Notes: a model not told the origin generated them from the letters alone. A DNA stretch of 64,000 nt from Candidatus Methylacidiphilales bacterium (GCA_025056655.1 JANWVL010000164.1:661-64660); one strand, 5' to 3'; shown: positions 19,567 to 29,602, numbered from the stretch's first letter. Numbers and translations: made by a program.

Positions 19567-22545
19567 ATGATCTCGTGGATCCTCAAGAAAATTTTCGGAA
19601 CCAAAAACGAACGCGAAATAAAACGCCTATGGCCCATAGTCCACAAAATCAACGAAATCGAAGCCTCCTACCAACAGCTCCCAGAAGCTGAATTCCTAAA
19701 AAACACCGCACGCTTCAAAGACCGCCTAGCACAAGGAGAAACACTCGACGACCTACTACCAGAAGCTTTTGCAACCGTCAAAAACGCCTGTCGCCGCTTC
19801 ACACAAGCCCGCCGTGTCATCAACGTGCGCGGCCACCCCATCGTCTGGGAAATGATCCCCTACGATGTCCAACTCATCGGAGGTATCGTCCTCCATCAAG
19901 GAAAAATAGCAGAAATGGCCACAGGTGAAGGAAAAACCCTCGTCGCCACTTTACCCGTCTATCTCAACGCTCTCACAGGCAAAGGCGTCCATGTCGTCAC
20001 AGTCAACGATTACCTCGCCGCTCGCGATAGCGAGTGGATGGGCGAGCTCTATCGCTACCTCGGGCTCACCGTAGGCTGCATCCAGCACGATCAACCGCCA
20101 CACGTCCGCAGGCAACAATACGCCTGCGACATCACTTACGGCACAAACAGCGAGTTCGGCTTCGACTACTTAAGAGACAACGGAATGGCACTCCGCAAAG
20201 AAGACAAAGTCCAACGCGGACACATCTATGCCATCATAGATGAAGTCGATAGCATTTTAATCGACGAAGCACGCACCCCTCTCATCATCTCAGGCCCAGT
20301 CACAGTCTCTACCCACCAATACGAAAAATATAAACCCGCTGTAGCTGCACTCGTGCGAGAGCAAGCCAAAGAAGTGGCCGCCCTCAATGAAAAAATCAAA
20401 AATATGATCGAAGCCGGCGCACCCCCCCTCGAATATGGCCGCTTAATGTTTAAGGTAAAACTCGCCATGCCGCGATCCAAACCCTTGCTGAAGCTCCTCG
20501 AAGATCCCGTCCACCGCCGCGCCATGGACGATGCCGAATTATCATTCTACCAAGACACACGCCGCGTCGAGCTTTTTAAGCTCAAAGACGAATTGCTCTT
20601 CTCCATCGATGAGCGCAACAACGAAGTCGACCTCTCAGAACGCGGCCGTCAATTTCTCAGCCCCAACAACCCCGAAGCCTTTACATTACCCGATTTATTG
20701 ACCCGTTTCCATGAAATCGATCAGTCCCCCCTCTCTCAACATGAGAAAGACCAAGAAAAACAAAAACTCCAACGACTCTACGACGAGACCAATGAGCGCA
20801 TCCATCACATCTCTCAACTCCTCCGCGCCTACTGCCTCTTCGAAAAAGACGTCCACTACGTCGTCCAAGATAACAAAGTCATTATCGTCGATGAATTCAC
20901 TGGCCGCCTCATGCCAGGCCGCCGGTGGAGCGATGGCTTACATCAAGCCGTAGAAGCCAAAGAAGGCGTTGAGATCGATCGCGAGACGCAGACCTTAGCC
21001 ACGATCACCATTCAAAATTATTTCCGCCTATACGAAAAACTTGCAGGCATGACCGGCACAGCGGAAACCGAAGCCAACGAATTCCACGACATCTACAAAC
21101 TCGATGTCGTCGTCATTCCCACTCACAAACCCTGCATCCGCATCGATAAAAATGATGCCATCTTCAAAACTCGCCGCGCCAAATACAACGCCACCATTGA
21201 AGAAATTAAAAAAGCCCACCAAAAAGGCCAACCTGTGCTGGTCGGAACAGTCTCCGTCGAAGCTTCCGAAATCATCTCAAGAATGCTGAAACGCGAAGGA
21301 ATCCCCCACGCAGTCCTCAACGCCAAATATCACCAACAAGAAGCCGAAATCATCGCTCGTGCAGGCCAAAAAGGCGCTGTCACAATCGCAACCAACATGG
21401 CGGGCCGTGGCACAGATATCAAACTCGGCCCAGGTGTCGCCGAGCTAGGCGGCCTTTACGTCATCGGCACCGAGCGCCATGAAGCACGCCGCATCGATCG
21501 CCAACTCCGTGGCCGCTGCGCTCGTCAAGGCGATCCCGGAATGTCGCGCTTCTACATTTCATTCGAAGATGACTTAATGCGAAACTTCGGCGACTCACGC
21601 CGCATCAGCAACCTCATGACTCGTCTCGGAATGAAAGACGATGAGGAACTCGAGCACCCTTGGCTGAACCGAGCCGTAGAGACAGCGCAAAAACGCGTTG
21701 AGCAGCGCAACTACATGATCCGAAAACACACATTGCAATATGACGACGTGATGAATATGCAACGCACCGTCGTCTATGGATACCGAGATGAAGTCCTCGA
21801 GACCGAAAACCCCCGCGAGCTTGTGTTTGAAGTCATCCAAGAAGTCATCCAGTCCCAAGTGCAATCGCGGCTTACGGCGACCCATCACGACATCGAAGGC
21901 CTGATTCATTGGGCAAACAATACGTTTCCCCTTGGCCTTTCCCTTAAGGATATAGACGCCAACGCCTCCCCCGAGAAAATCGCGCAGTTCCTCCTCGAAA
22001 AAGTCAAAGCTGCTTATGAACTCAAAGTCAAATTTGAACAACCTGAGGCGATCACTTCACTTGAGCGAATGATGATTCTTTCGGCAATTGATCGGCTATG
22101 GCAGGAACACCTCTACGCCATGGACGGCCTTCGCCAATCCATCAACTTGCGCGCCTACGGTCAAAAAGATCCCCTGATCGAATACAAAAATGAAGCCTAC
22201 TCGATGTTTGAAGACCTCATGATGCGGATCAAAAATGAAATCGTTCACAACGTCTTTCGATCCGCAACAAGCCTAGAAGCCTTTGAGCGCTTCTTCACCG
22301 CGCTCCCCCAGCGCCTTATCCACGAATCAGCACCATCAGCAACCAACCCAACCGAAAGCCATAGTGTGACGGAGACAAAAGGTGAATCCTCCTCCACCAC
22401 TGATAAACAGCCTCACAAGCCCATCATCCCCATCCGACGCATGGGGCCAAAATTGGGACGAAACGACCCTTGCCCACTCGATCCCAGCAAAAAATTCAAA
22501 AACTGCTGTGGGGCCTTAGGTGAAAAGACCTGTATCAAAGTCTGA
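19567..22545 (+). CDS. secA: Preprotein translocase ATPase SecA
   Basis: 992 aa with EMATGEGKTLVA (Walker A), IDEVDSILIDEARTPLIISG and NMAGRGTDIKLG, plus a C-terminal Cys-rich tail. Confidence 0.97.
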   Translation: MISWILKKIFGTKNEREIKRLWPIVHKINEIEASYQQLPEAEFLKNTARFKDRLAQGETLDDLLPEAFATVKNACRRFTQARRVINVRGHPIVWEMIPYDVQLIGGIVLHQGKIAEMATGEGKTLVATLPVYLNALTGKGVHVVTVNDYLAARDSEWMGELYRYLGLTVGCIQHDQPPHVRRQQYACDITYGTNSEFGFDYLRDNGMALRKEDKVQRGHIYAIIDEVDSILIDEARTPLIISGPVTVSTHQYEKYKPAVAALVREQAKEVAALNEKIKNMIEAGAPPLEYGRLMFKVKLAMPRSKPLLKLLEDPVHRRAMDDAELSFYQDTRRVELFKLKDELLFSIDERNNEVDLSERGRQFLSPNNPEAFTLPDLLTRFHEIDQSPLSQHEKDQEKQKLQRLYDETNERIHHISQLLRAYCLFEKDVHYVVQDNKVIIVDEFTGRLMPGRRWSDGLHQAVEAKEGVEIDRETQTLATITIQNYFRLYEKLAGMTGTAETEANEFHDIYKLDVVVIPTHKPCIRIDKNDAIFKTRRAKYNATIEEIKKAHQKGQPVLVGTVSVEASEIISRMLKREGIPHAVLNAKYHQQEAEIIARAGQKGAVTIATNMAGRGTDIKLGPGVAELGGLYVIGTERHEARRIDRQLRGRCARQGDPGMSRFYISFEDDLMRNFGDSRRISNLMTRLGMKDDEELEHPWLNRAVETAQKRVEQRNYMIRKHTLQYDDVMNMQRTVVYGYRDEVLETENPRELVFEVIQEVIQSQVQSRLTATHHDIEGLIHWANNTFPLGLSLKDIDANASPEKIAQFLLEKVKAAYELKVKFEQPEAITSLERMMILSAIDRLWQEHLYAMDGLRQSINLRAYGQKDPLIEYKNEAYSMFEDLMMRIKNEIVHNVFRSATSLEAFERFFTALPQRLIHESAPSATNPTESHSVTETKGESSSTTDKQPHKPIIPIRRMGPKLGRNDPCPLDPSKKFKNCCGALGEKTCIKV

Positions 22546-22565
22546 ACTAGACCCTGTTGCTGCTG

Positions 22566-23792
22566 ATGAAGGTTGAAGTCATCAATACAGGCAGTGAACT
22601 GCTTTTAGGCCACACAATTAATACGCATCTAGCTACTCTTGCAGAAGCTCTTTTTCCGCTAGGGCTCAGGATCCAGAGGCAAACCACAGTCCCAGACGGC
22701 AATGCAATTCGTGATGCGGTCGCTCAATCGCTAGAGCGTTCTTCCTACATCATTATCACAGGCGGATTAGGCCCAACCTCAGACGACCTCACGCGCGAAA
22801 TCGTCGCAGACTTACTCGCAGCTCCTTTGGAATTTTCCGATGCCGTCTGGAGGCAGATAGAGGCTTTCTTTAGTCGCCGTAATCGCCAGCCTACGGAAAA
22901 TAACCGCCGTCAAGCATACGTTCCCCAAGGCGCTGAGCCGCTTCCAAACCCACACGGAACTGCTCCAGGCCTTTGGTTCGATACAAAATGGAAAGGTGAA
23001 GAGAGAACGTTGATTTTGTTACCGGGCCCACCGCGTGAGCTCAACCCCATGCTCTACGACCATGTGATTCCAAGGCTAAGAAGCCGCCTACAACTTCCGC
23101 AGCCGATTCAAGCAATTTGGAGCCTCGTCGGCCTTGGCGAGTCCGTCGTAGCAGAGGCTGTAGAAGATTTTCTCAAAAATCTCTCAGGTGTGGAGTATGG
23201 TTATTGTGCACGGAATGGCCAAGTGGACATTCGTCTTGTCGCCAAAGAAAATAAGCCGATTGAAAAGGCAGCAGCATTTTTTAGTGAAAAATTCGGAGAA
23301 CGCGTTTTCCGAAGCGACGGAAAACCTTTAGAGTTTTGGATTGTTCAGATGGCAAGAGAGCGCGGCTTGACGTTGGCACTAGCTGAATCTTGCACGGGCG
23401 GCTTGATTGCTCATCGGTTGACGAATGTCCCCGGTGCCTCAGAAATTTTACGGGGCGGATGGGTCGCTTACACAGTCGAGATGAAATTGGAGATGTTGAA
23501 GGTGCCAGCTCGATACATCGAGACATACGGTGTCGTATCGTCAGAGGTCGCGAGCTCAATGGCCTCTAAAGCCCGAGAAATAGCCGATACAGACTGGGCT
23601 GTGGCGACCACGGGTTACGCTGGTCCTTCGGGAGGAACGGATCGTGATCCTGTGGGAACTTGCTACGTCGCTTGGTCCAACAGGAGAGGCACAACTGAAG
23701 TGGAACGTCTCTTTTTTCCAATGGATCGTGAAAGTTTCAAATTGAGAGTTGCGCAGTGTGCTCTGGATGGGCTTAGGATGAGGATAGGATGA
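22566..23792 (+). CDS. cinA: CinA-family competence/damage-inducible protein (MoCF-binding domain plus nicotinamide-nucleotide amidase domain)
   Basis: Carries MKVEVINTGSELLLG, GGLGPTSDDLT and a C-terminal ESCTGG PncC-type motif. I trimmed the TTG start in the ORF track to the ATG at 22566. Confidence 0.88.
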   Translation: MKVEVINTGSELLLGHTINTHLATLAEALFPLGLRIQRQTTVPDGNAIRDAVAQSLERSSYIIITGGLGPTSDDLTREIVADLLAAPLEFSDAVWRQIEAFFSRRNRQPTENNRRQAYVPQGAEPLPNPHGTAPGLWFDTKWKGEERTLILLPGPPRELNPMLYDHVIPRLRSRLQLPQPIQAIWSLVGLGESVVAEAVEDFLKNLSGVEYGYCARNGQVDIRLVAKENKPIEKAAAFFSEKFGERVFRSDGKPLEFWIVQMARERGLTLALAESCTGGLIAHRLTNVPGASEILRGGWVAYTVEMKLEMLKVPARYIETYGVVSSEVASSMASKAREIADTDWAVATTGYAGPSGGTDRDPVGTCYVAWSNRRGTTEVERLFFPMDRESFKLRVAQCALDGLRMRIG

Positions 23793-23834
23793 GCTTCTTA
23801 ATCAAGGTCTCAGAAGGCTGGCCTTACACCACAA

Positions 23835-24668
23835 TCATGATTTAGAAGCAGCCTTGAGGCATATCTGGGGCGCAAGGAGCGCAAATAAGATAGCGATATG
23901 GGTAAGGACAATCGTCGCTCCTGTGGAAGTATCGAGGGCTGCAGAGAGCACGACCCCGGCGGCGCCTCCAATAAGGCCAATCAGAGCAGCCATGAGAAGC
24001 ATGTGACGGAAGCTCCGCGCGATGAATCGTGCAGAGGTTGCCGGTATGACGATGATCGCAGTGAGAAGAAGTGCCCCGAGCATTTTGAGGCACACCGTGA
24101 TCATCGCTGCAATCATTACGGCAAAGAGAAAATTTAACCGTGTGACGTTCAACTGGCGCGCTCGGGCCATGTCAGGTTGCACAATGAGCATGAGAAATCG
24201 TTCGCTGTAGTAAGCAACAAAAATAAGGATCGCAATCAGTAAGCCCGCTTGGATGAGGAGATCGGCCGGTGTGTTGGCATAGATGTCGCCGAAGAGCATG
24301 CCTTCGAGAAGGCGCGCTTTGCCTTGGTATTGAATCAGAATGATGCCTAGCGCGACGCTTCCTGTGAGGGAGAAGGCGATGATGGTGTCGGGACGAAGTT
24401 GCGTGTGAGTGAAAAGATATGCCATGCAGATAGCCATCAATAGGCTATAGAAGAGCACTACTAGAAGCGTCGGGAAAGTTGTGGAGAGGGCGTCTTGTAT
24501 TAAAAGGCCTAGAGCTAGGCCCGTTATTGTGGAATGCGCGATGGCATCGCTGAAAAATGACATGCCGCGCAGAGTGATAAAAACTCCCATGAGTGCGCAT
24601 GCGGGGCCGAGAATTACCATGGATAGAAGCGCAAGCCGCATGAAATCGTGTTCAAAAATCTCAAGCAT
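23835..24668 (-). CDS. znuB: Metal (Zn/Mn) ABC transporter permease, ABC-3 family
   Basis: 277 aa and polytopic, with FMRLALL and SFFSDAIAHS motifs typical of ZnuB/TroD. It overlaps the ATPase gene by 8 nt. Confidence 0.75.
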   Translation of the reverse strand: MLEIFEHDFMRLALLSMVILGPACALMGVFITLRGMSFFSDAIAHSTITGLALGLLIQDALSTTFPTLLVVLFYSLLMAICMAYLFTHTQLRPDTIIAFSLTGSVALGIILIQYQGKARLLEGMLFGDIYANTPADLLIQAGLLIAILIFVAYYSERFLMLIVQPDMARARQLNVTRLNFLFAVMIAAMITVCLKMLGALLLTAIIVIPATSARFIARSFRHMLLMAALIGLIGGAAGVVLSAALDTSTGATIVLTHIAILFALLAPQICLKAASKS

Positions 24669-25419
24669 GGCAACAAGGGTGAGTAGAAGGAGGCGGCGCG
24701 CTCCAGCCGTAAAGGGAGGAGAGAATGTGTTCTCTCAACATTTCCGATGCGTCACCTAAGGCAAAGTGAGAACGATTTAGGCAGAGGATTTTTTTGGCAA
24801 TTCGGCTGATCCAGTGAAGGTCGTGGCTTACGACGATGAGACTGAGCCCGCTATCGAGAATTTCACGTTTGAGGATATCTTCGAGTGCCGTTTCTTTTGC
24901 GGGGTCAACTCCGGTGGTAGGTTCATCTAAAATGAGCAGATCTGGATTTTGAATGAAGCTTGCTGCGAGCATCACGCGTTGAAGTTCACCCCCTGAGAGC
25001 CGATCGAGGCGCTTGTGAGCGATCGGGTGGAGGAGAAAACGTCGGAGGATATCTTCGATGTGTGAAGAGGTAGTAGAGCAGTGGAAGGGGCTGAACGTCC
25101 CGCTGCAGACTTGAAGCCATTCAAAGACTGTGACAGGGATGTGTCGGTCATCGAGAAGACGTTGAGGAAGATAACCGAGGCGCGGCGAACCTTGGATTTC
25201 GACATGGCCACTCGTGGGTTTAATAAGACCAAGAATGACATGCAGGAGGGTTGTTTTCCCTCCGCCGTTTGGGCCGATAATTGCTAGGATGTCGCCTTGT
25301 TGGATGGTGAGGTTGATCTTTTGGAGGACTGTCTCTTGAGCCCAACCAGCAGTGACGTCGGTGAGTCGAATCTGCCAAGGAGTAGGTGTAATTTTTGTCG
25401 AAGAGAGCTCTACTGCCAT
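24661..25419 (-). CDS. znuC: Metal ABC transporter ATP-binding protein
   Basis: Walker A GPNGGGKTT, signature LSGGELQRV and Walker B LLILDEPT. It overlaps both neighbours, which is an operon arrangement. Confidence 0.78.
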   Translation of the reverse strand: MAVELSSTKITPTPWQIRLTDVTAGWAQETVLQKINLTIQQGDILAIIGPNGGGKTTLLHVILGLIKPTSGHVEIQGSPRLGYLPQRLLDDRHIPVTVFEWLQVCSGTFSPFHCSTTSSHIEDILRRFLLHPIAHKRLDRLSGGELQRVMLAASFIQNPDLLILDEPTTGVDPAKETALEDILKREILDSGLSLIVVSHDLHWISRIAKKILCLNRSHFALGDASEMLREHILSSLYGWSAPPPSTHPCCHA

Positions 25420-26339
25420 GCTTTTTTGAGAACTCGAAGGTTGTTTTCCATTGCATCGATGTATGCGTCGGGATGAGGTTTACCCGTTTCAATGGTGTCG
25501 AGAGAGGCTATCCGTGTGCGTGTTTCTCTTGAGAGAGTTTCTAAGAGCTTCGGGGGATAACCTACTTCAGTAAAGATGACCTGAACTTGATTTTGACGAA
25601 TGATTTCAATCAGTCTTGCTACACGCTTCGGCGATGGGGACTGATGCGGGAGCTGCTCTACAAATCCAAGATAACGGATGTGATAGCGCTTGGCGAAGTA
25701 AAGAAATGAATTGTGAAAAGTGAGCAGGGTCTTTTTTTTGAGGGGCGCAAGTGCATTTTGGAAATCCTTATGTAATTTTTCTAATTGTGCAAAGTAAGTA
25801 GCAGCGCGTGTTTGATAGTAAGATTTGTTGTCAGGATCTTTTTCGATGAGCGCTTTGAGGATGTTTTCAGCTTGTTGTTTCGCAAGCAGTGGATCTAGCC
25901 AGACATGTGGATTGGGGCCGTGATGGTGGTGATGACGTGCAGCTCCGCCGTCATCTGCATGAGAATGCGTGCACCCTTCTAGGGCAAGATCATGATCGTC
26001 GAGTGTCTGAATGCCACGGCTGGTGTCTATGATGGAGATCGTTTTTTTTGCTGAGCGTGTGTAGTCTTCGATCCAGGGTTCTAGCTGTATGCCGTTGATG
26101 AAAATCAGATCAGCGTTGTGAAGCTTTCGTAGGTCGCTGGGTTTTGGATGATAATCGTGCAGACCCACATTGGGAGGAACGAGTTGATGAACAGTTGCTC
26201 GGTCGCCGCAAATACTGAGTGTGTGAGCGGTGAGAGGCAGGATAGTGGTGATGATTTGTAGACGCGCTGTGGCATAAGATTGTGACGACAACAGGAGAAT
26301 TCCTATAAGACTAGGCCAAATCGCTAGCTCTGGTTTCAT
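25410..26339 (-). CDS. znuA: Periplasmic metal-binding protein, ZnuA-like, with His-rich loop
   Basis: Cluster-9 SBP pattern (HDYHPKPSD, PHVWLDP) with a His/Asp-rich loop HSHADDGGAARHHHHHGPNPH. The start is set at MKPELAIW (26339), which gives a signal peptide. Confidence 0.75.
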   Translation of the reverse strand: MKPELAIWPSLIGILLLSSQSYATARLQIITTILPLTAHTLSICGDRATVHQLVPPNVGLHDYHPKPSDLRKLHNADLIFINGIQLEPWIEDYTRSAKKTISIIDTSRGIQTLDDHDLALEGCTHSHADDGGAARHHHHHGPNPHVWLDPLLAKQQAENILKALIEKDPDNKSYYQTRAATYFAQLEKLHKDFQNALAPLKKKTLLTFHNSFLYFAKRYHIRYLGFVEQLPHQSPSPKRVARLIEIIRQNQVQVIFTEVGYPPKLLETLSRETRTRIASLDTIETGKPHPDAYIDAMENNLRVLKKAWQ

Positions 26340-26390
26340 GAGGGACGAGAATATGTGATGGCTGAAATAAATGCAAATGATTTGCATTTA

Positions 26391-27167
26391 TCATCGGATG
26401 ATGCCGCGTCGCGAGTTTCGAACGAAGTTAACAAGATGCTGAATTTCCTTTGTGGAAGGCAATGTGGCAGAAATTTTTTCGAGGGCTTGGGTTGTATTCA
26501 GAGTGCGGTCGTATAAGATTTTATAGGCGTCCCGAATGACTCTAATGGTCTCATCAGCAAATCCACGACGCTGCAGTCCAACTGTATTCACGGCACGAAC
26601 ATCAGCGGGGTTACCGTCGGCAATGAAATAGGGGGGCACATCCTGGACGATCTTTGTGCAACCTCCAATCATGCTATGCGAGCCGATACGACAGAATTGG
26701 TGAACTGCAGAAAGTCCACCTATAACGACGTAATCTTCAACGATGACGTGTCCGGCTAAGGTGCCGTTATTGGACATGATGATGTGATCACCGAGTTGGC
26801 AATCGTGGGCGATGTGAACGTAGGCTAAAAAGAGGTTGTGATTTCCAATGAGCGTGCGGGCATGTGGAGCGGTGCCGCGGTTGACTGTGCAGAATTCACG
26901 AAATGTGTTGTAGTCGCCGATCTCAAGAAAGGTGGGCTCTTCTTGGTATTTGAGGTCTTGAGTTACTTGTCCTATCGAAACGAAGGGAAAGAAGTGATTA
27001 TGTTTGCCGATTTTGGTTTTGCCGACGATCGAGGCATGGTGATCGATTCGCGTGCCGGATGCGATCTGGACTTCTTTTCCAATGTAAGCGTAAGCCCCTA
27101 CCGTGACGTTCTCGTCTAAGTATGCTCCAGGTTCTACAATAGCTGTGGGATGAATAATGGTCGGCAT
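26391..27167 (-). CDS. lpxA: Acyl-ACP--UDP-N-acetylglucosamine O-acyltransferase
   Basis: IHPTAIVEPGA followed by hexapeptide repeats and a helical C-terminal domain. 258 aa, adjacent to lpxC-fabZ. Confidence 0.88.
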   Translation of the reverse strand: MPTIIHPTAIVEPGAYLDENVTVGAYAYIGKEVQIASGTRIDHHASIVGKTKIGKHNHFFPFVSIGQVTQDLKYQEEPTFLEIGDYNTFREFCTVNRGTAPHARTLIGNHNLFLAYVHIAHDCQLGDHIIMSNNGTLAGHVIVEDYVVIGGLSAVHQFCRIGSHSMIGGCTKIVQDVPPYFIADGNPADVRAVNTVGLQRRGFADETIRVIRDAYKILYDRTLNTTQALEKISATLPSTKEIQHLVNFVRNSRRGIIR

Positions 27168-27179
27168 GTAAAATTAAAA

Positions 27180-28490
27180 CTACACCAGGGCAAACATTAG
27201 CTCAGCCTCGGAGACAATTTCGCCGTTAACTGTGCATACGGCTTTAGCTTTTGCAATTTTCCCGCGTGCCTTGAGCAGCTCAACATCGATGAGCAAGGTA
27301 TCGCCTGGCATCACAGGCTTTCGGAATTTGACAGCATCAGCGCTCATAAAGTAGCCCAAACGCCCGGCATTGCCCGTCTGGCGAAGCATGAGGATGCTTG
27401 CGACTTGTGCCATCGCTTCGAGTTGGAGGACACCTGGCATGATCGGATGCCCTGGAAAATGGCCTTGGAAAAAAGGCTCGTTAATTGTTACGGACTTTTG
27501 GCCCGTAGCCTTGTTAGGGCCTTCGAATTTTAAAATACGATCCACCAGCAGGAAGGGATAACGATGAGGCAAAATCTTCATGACTTCGTTGACGTCAAGC
27601 GCGCCCTCGCCCGTGGGGATATTTTCAACTGGCATCAGTTGCGCGAGATAATTTTTGTAATGCTTGTAGATGGCTTTCGTCAGCTCGACATTCAGCGCAT
27701 GGCTTGGTTTTGCCGTGTGAATATGGGCTTTGATGCGTAACGGAAAAAGCGCTAGATCTCCGATCACATCAAAAATTTTATGCCGAACAAATTCGTCTTC
27801 ATAACGCAGAGGCTCGCTGGAAAGGATGGTTTCATCTTTGATCACTACGGCGTTTTCTAAGCTGCCGCCTTTGATTAGTCCTTTTTCGAGAAGAGGCTGG
27901 ACTTCTTCATAGAAAACAAAGGTGCGAGCTCGTGCAATCTCTTGTGGGAACTTTGTTTCATCCTCTTTCCAGTGTAGAAACTGTGTGAATCGACCAGTGT
28001 GATTGGCGTTGGTGCACGATATTTGGAAGTGATCCGATGGCCAAGCGATTGAGTAAGCGCCGTTTTTGCCCCACACAGCGATCGGCTCTCGTAGCTCGAA
28101 ATAGACACGTGGCGCTTCCTGTTGTTGCAGACCAATTTTGTGGATCAACTCAACAAACTCACGCCCGCTGCCGTCTAGGATCGGCGCTTCGTTGGCGTTC
28201 AATTCAATAATCGCATTATCCACACCGCATCCGCGCAGCGAAGCTAGGACGTGTTCAACTGTGTGAATTTTAACGTTGCCCTCACCCAGCGTAGTAGCGC
28301 GCTCCATTTGCTTCACATTATCAATGTGAGCATGAACCGTCGGCTCATCGGGTAAATCTTTTCGTTGAAATACATAGCCCGTATGCGGAGCGGCCGGCTT
28401 TAAGGTCAATGTAACCTTGTTCCCTGTGTGGAGTGATATTCCAGATATCGAGCCAGAGCCAGCCAAGGTGTGCTGAAATTGAGGTGACAT
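27180..28490 (-). CDS. Bifunctional UDP-3-O-acyl-GlcNAc deacetylase / 3-hydroxyacyl-ACP dehydratase (LpxC-FabZ fusion)
   Basis: The N-terminal LpxC part has [17 protein letters not shown] and TVEHVLASL. The C-terminal FabZ part has [13 protein letters not shown] and [15 protein letters not shown]. Confidence 0.92.
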   Translation of the reverse strand: MSPQFQHTLAGSGSISGISLHTGNKVTLTLKPAAPHTGYVFQRKDLPDEPTVHAHIDNVKQMERATTLGEGNVKIHTVEHVLASLRGCGVDNAIIELNANEAPILDGSGREFVELIHKIGLQQQEAPRVYFELREPIAVWGKNGAYSIAWPSDHFQISCTNANHTGRFTQFLHWKEDETKFPQEIARARTFVFYEEVQPLLEKGLIKGGSLENAVVIKDETILSSEPLRYEDEFVRHKIFDVIGDLALFPLRIKAHIHTAKPSHALNVELTKAIYKHYKNYLAQLMPVENIPTGEGALDVNEVMKILPHRYPFLLVDRILKFEGPNKATGQKSVTINEPFFQGHFPGHPIMPGVLQLEAMAQVASILMLRQTGNAGRLGYFMSADAVKFRKPVMPGDTLLIDVELLKARGKIAKAKAVCTVNGEIVSEAELMFALV

Positions 28491-28536
28491 ATCGCAAGTG
28501 TTAGCTTACGCGCCTATTTTATGGCAAGACGACGAT

Positions 28537-29049
28537 TTACAGCGGAACAATTTCTGCGCGATACCTGCCGCCCTCCATCAAATGCAGAAGCGCGACTGAA
28601 GGAGGAGCACCTCGGTTACAGCGTCCCACTGCTCCCGGGTTTAGGTATTTCGGACGTCCTGTCTCTTCGAGATGCGGGACATGGGTGTGTCCATACAATA
28701 CCCAGTCGTAGGCCACTAGTGGACGATCAGGTATAATGTGTGCCAGAAAAAATGTCTCTCTGCCTCGCCTCAACTCGCAGTTCTGCGGCAATGATAAATC
28801 CCAGTCATTATTTCCCCTCACAGCCAACACTCGATCACATATCCCTCGCAAAGCATCCAAAATCCAAGATTCACACACATCCCCGAGGTGCCAGATTTCT
28901 TCGACGTTTGTAAAAATCTCCTCAACTTTTGGCGGTAAAATGTTGTGCGTATCGGCCATCACGCCGATCCGCTCAGGCGTATTTGTTTGGCCGATCTCGT
29001 GGGCTTCGGCTTGACGAACTCCGCTCGCATCATGCATAAAGTTTTTCAT
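28537..29049 (-). CDS. Metallophosphoesterase, YfcE/MJ0936-like
   Basis: Carries GVMADTHN, HLGD, GNND and GHTH phosphoesterase motifs. The start is set at MKNF (29049). The ORF-track start at 29082 is an alternative. Confidence 0.75.
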   Translation of the reverse strand: MKNFMHDASGVRQAEAHEIGQTNTPERIGVMADTHNILPPKVEEIFTNVEEIWHLGDVCESWILDALRGICDRVLAVRGNNDWDLSLPQNCELRRGRETFFLAHIIPDRPLVAYDWVLYGHTHVPHLEETGRPKYLNPGAVGRCNRGAPPSVALLHLMEGGRYRAEIVPL

Positions 29050-29070
29050 GGGAAAGCAACATAACGTTAT

Positions 29071-29113
29071 TATCAAACGCAAACGCAGGAAAAACTATAT
29101 CAAACGCAAACGC
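29071..29113. repeat. Two exact copies of a 16-nt direct repeat in a divergent intergenic region (possible operator)
   Basis: tatcaaacgcaaacgc occurs at 29071-29086 and again at 29098-29113, 27 nt start to start. It lies between the divergent genes ending at 29049 and starting at 29150. Confidence 0.6.
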
Positions 29114-29149
29114 GAGCAGTTCAAGCTCCGCTTCCAAAAAAACTAACTC

Positions 29150-29602
29150 ATGCCATGGCTATTGATTGACGGGCATAATGTTATTTTTCATCACCCTACT
29201 CTTACACAGGACTATAAACGCCGGCCAACCACTGCAATTGATTATTTGATTTCTCAAGCTCAACATATCAGCGATACTCGAGATTGGAGGACCGTCCTTT
29301 TCTTTGACGGCAACTTCAAAAGCCGAGGTATTAGCTGCTCCAGAAGCTGCAAATTGGAAATTATATTCGCAGACTCTTACCTGACCGCCGATGCCCTCAT
29401 CGAAAAGCTCTGTCAAAAAATACCTCCATCGCAAGATATCTTTGTCGTCACAGCAGACGTTGCCCTAACCCAGAGTATCGCCTCCTCTCGTGTCCACGTT
29501 TTCACGCCCGATTGGTTTTTTCAAGAATGTAAAGCTGCGCGAGAAACCCTCCAGGACTCCCTTCGCCGCATCAATCGAAAAGCACGTTGGGAAAGGCATT
29601 AA
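29150..29602 (+). CDS. NYN/PIN-like domain protein, YacP (Rae1)-like
   Basis: MPWLLIDGHNVIF at the N-terminus and VVTADVALTQ near the C-terminus resemble the YacP family. 150 aa. Confidence 0.65.
   Translation: MPWLLIDGHNVIFHHPTLTQDYKRRPTTAIDYLISQAQHISDTRDWRTVLFFDGNFKSRGISCSRSCKLEIIFADSYLTADALIEKLCQKIPPSQDIFVVTADVALTQSIASSRVHVFTPDWFFQECKAARETLQDSLRRINRKARWERH

Noticed and set aside
22316-22324. DnaA-box-like 9-mer ttatccacg near the 22-23 kb skew reversal, and tgtggatag at 42832-42840.
   Set aside because: These are single 8-of-9 matches inside coding sequence with no clustering, no AT-rich unwinding element and no dnaA or dnaN nearby. They are expected by chance.
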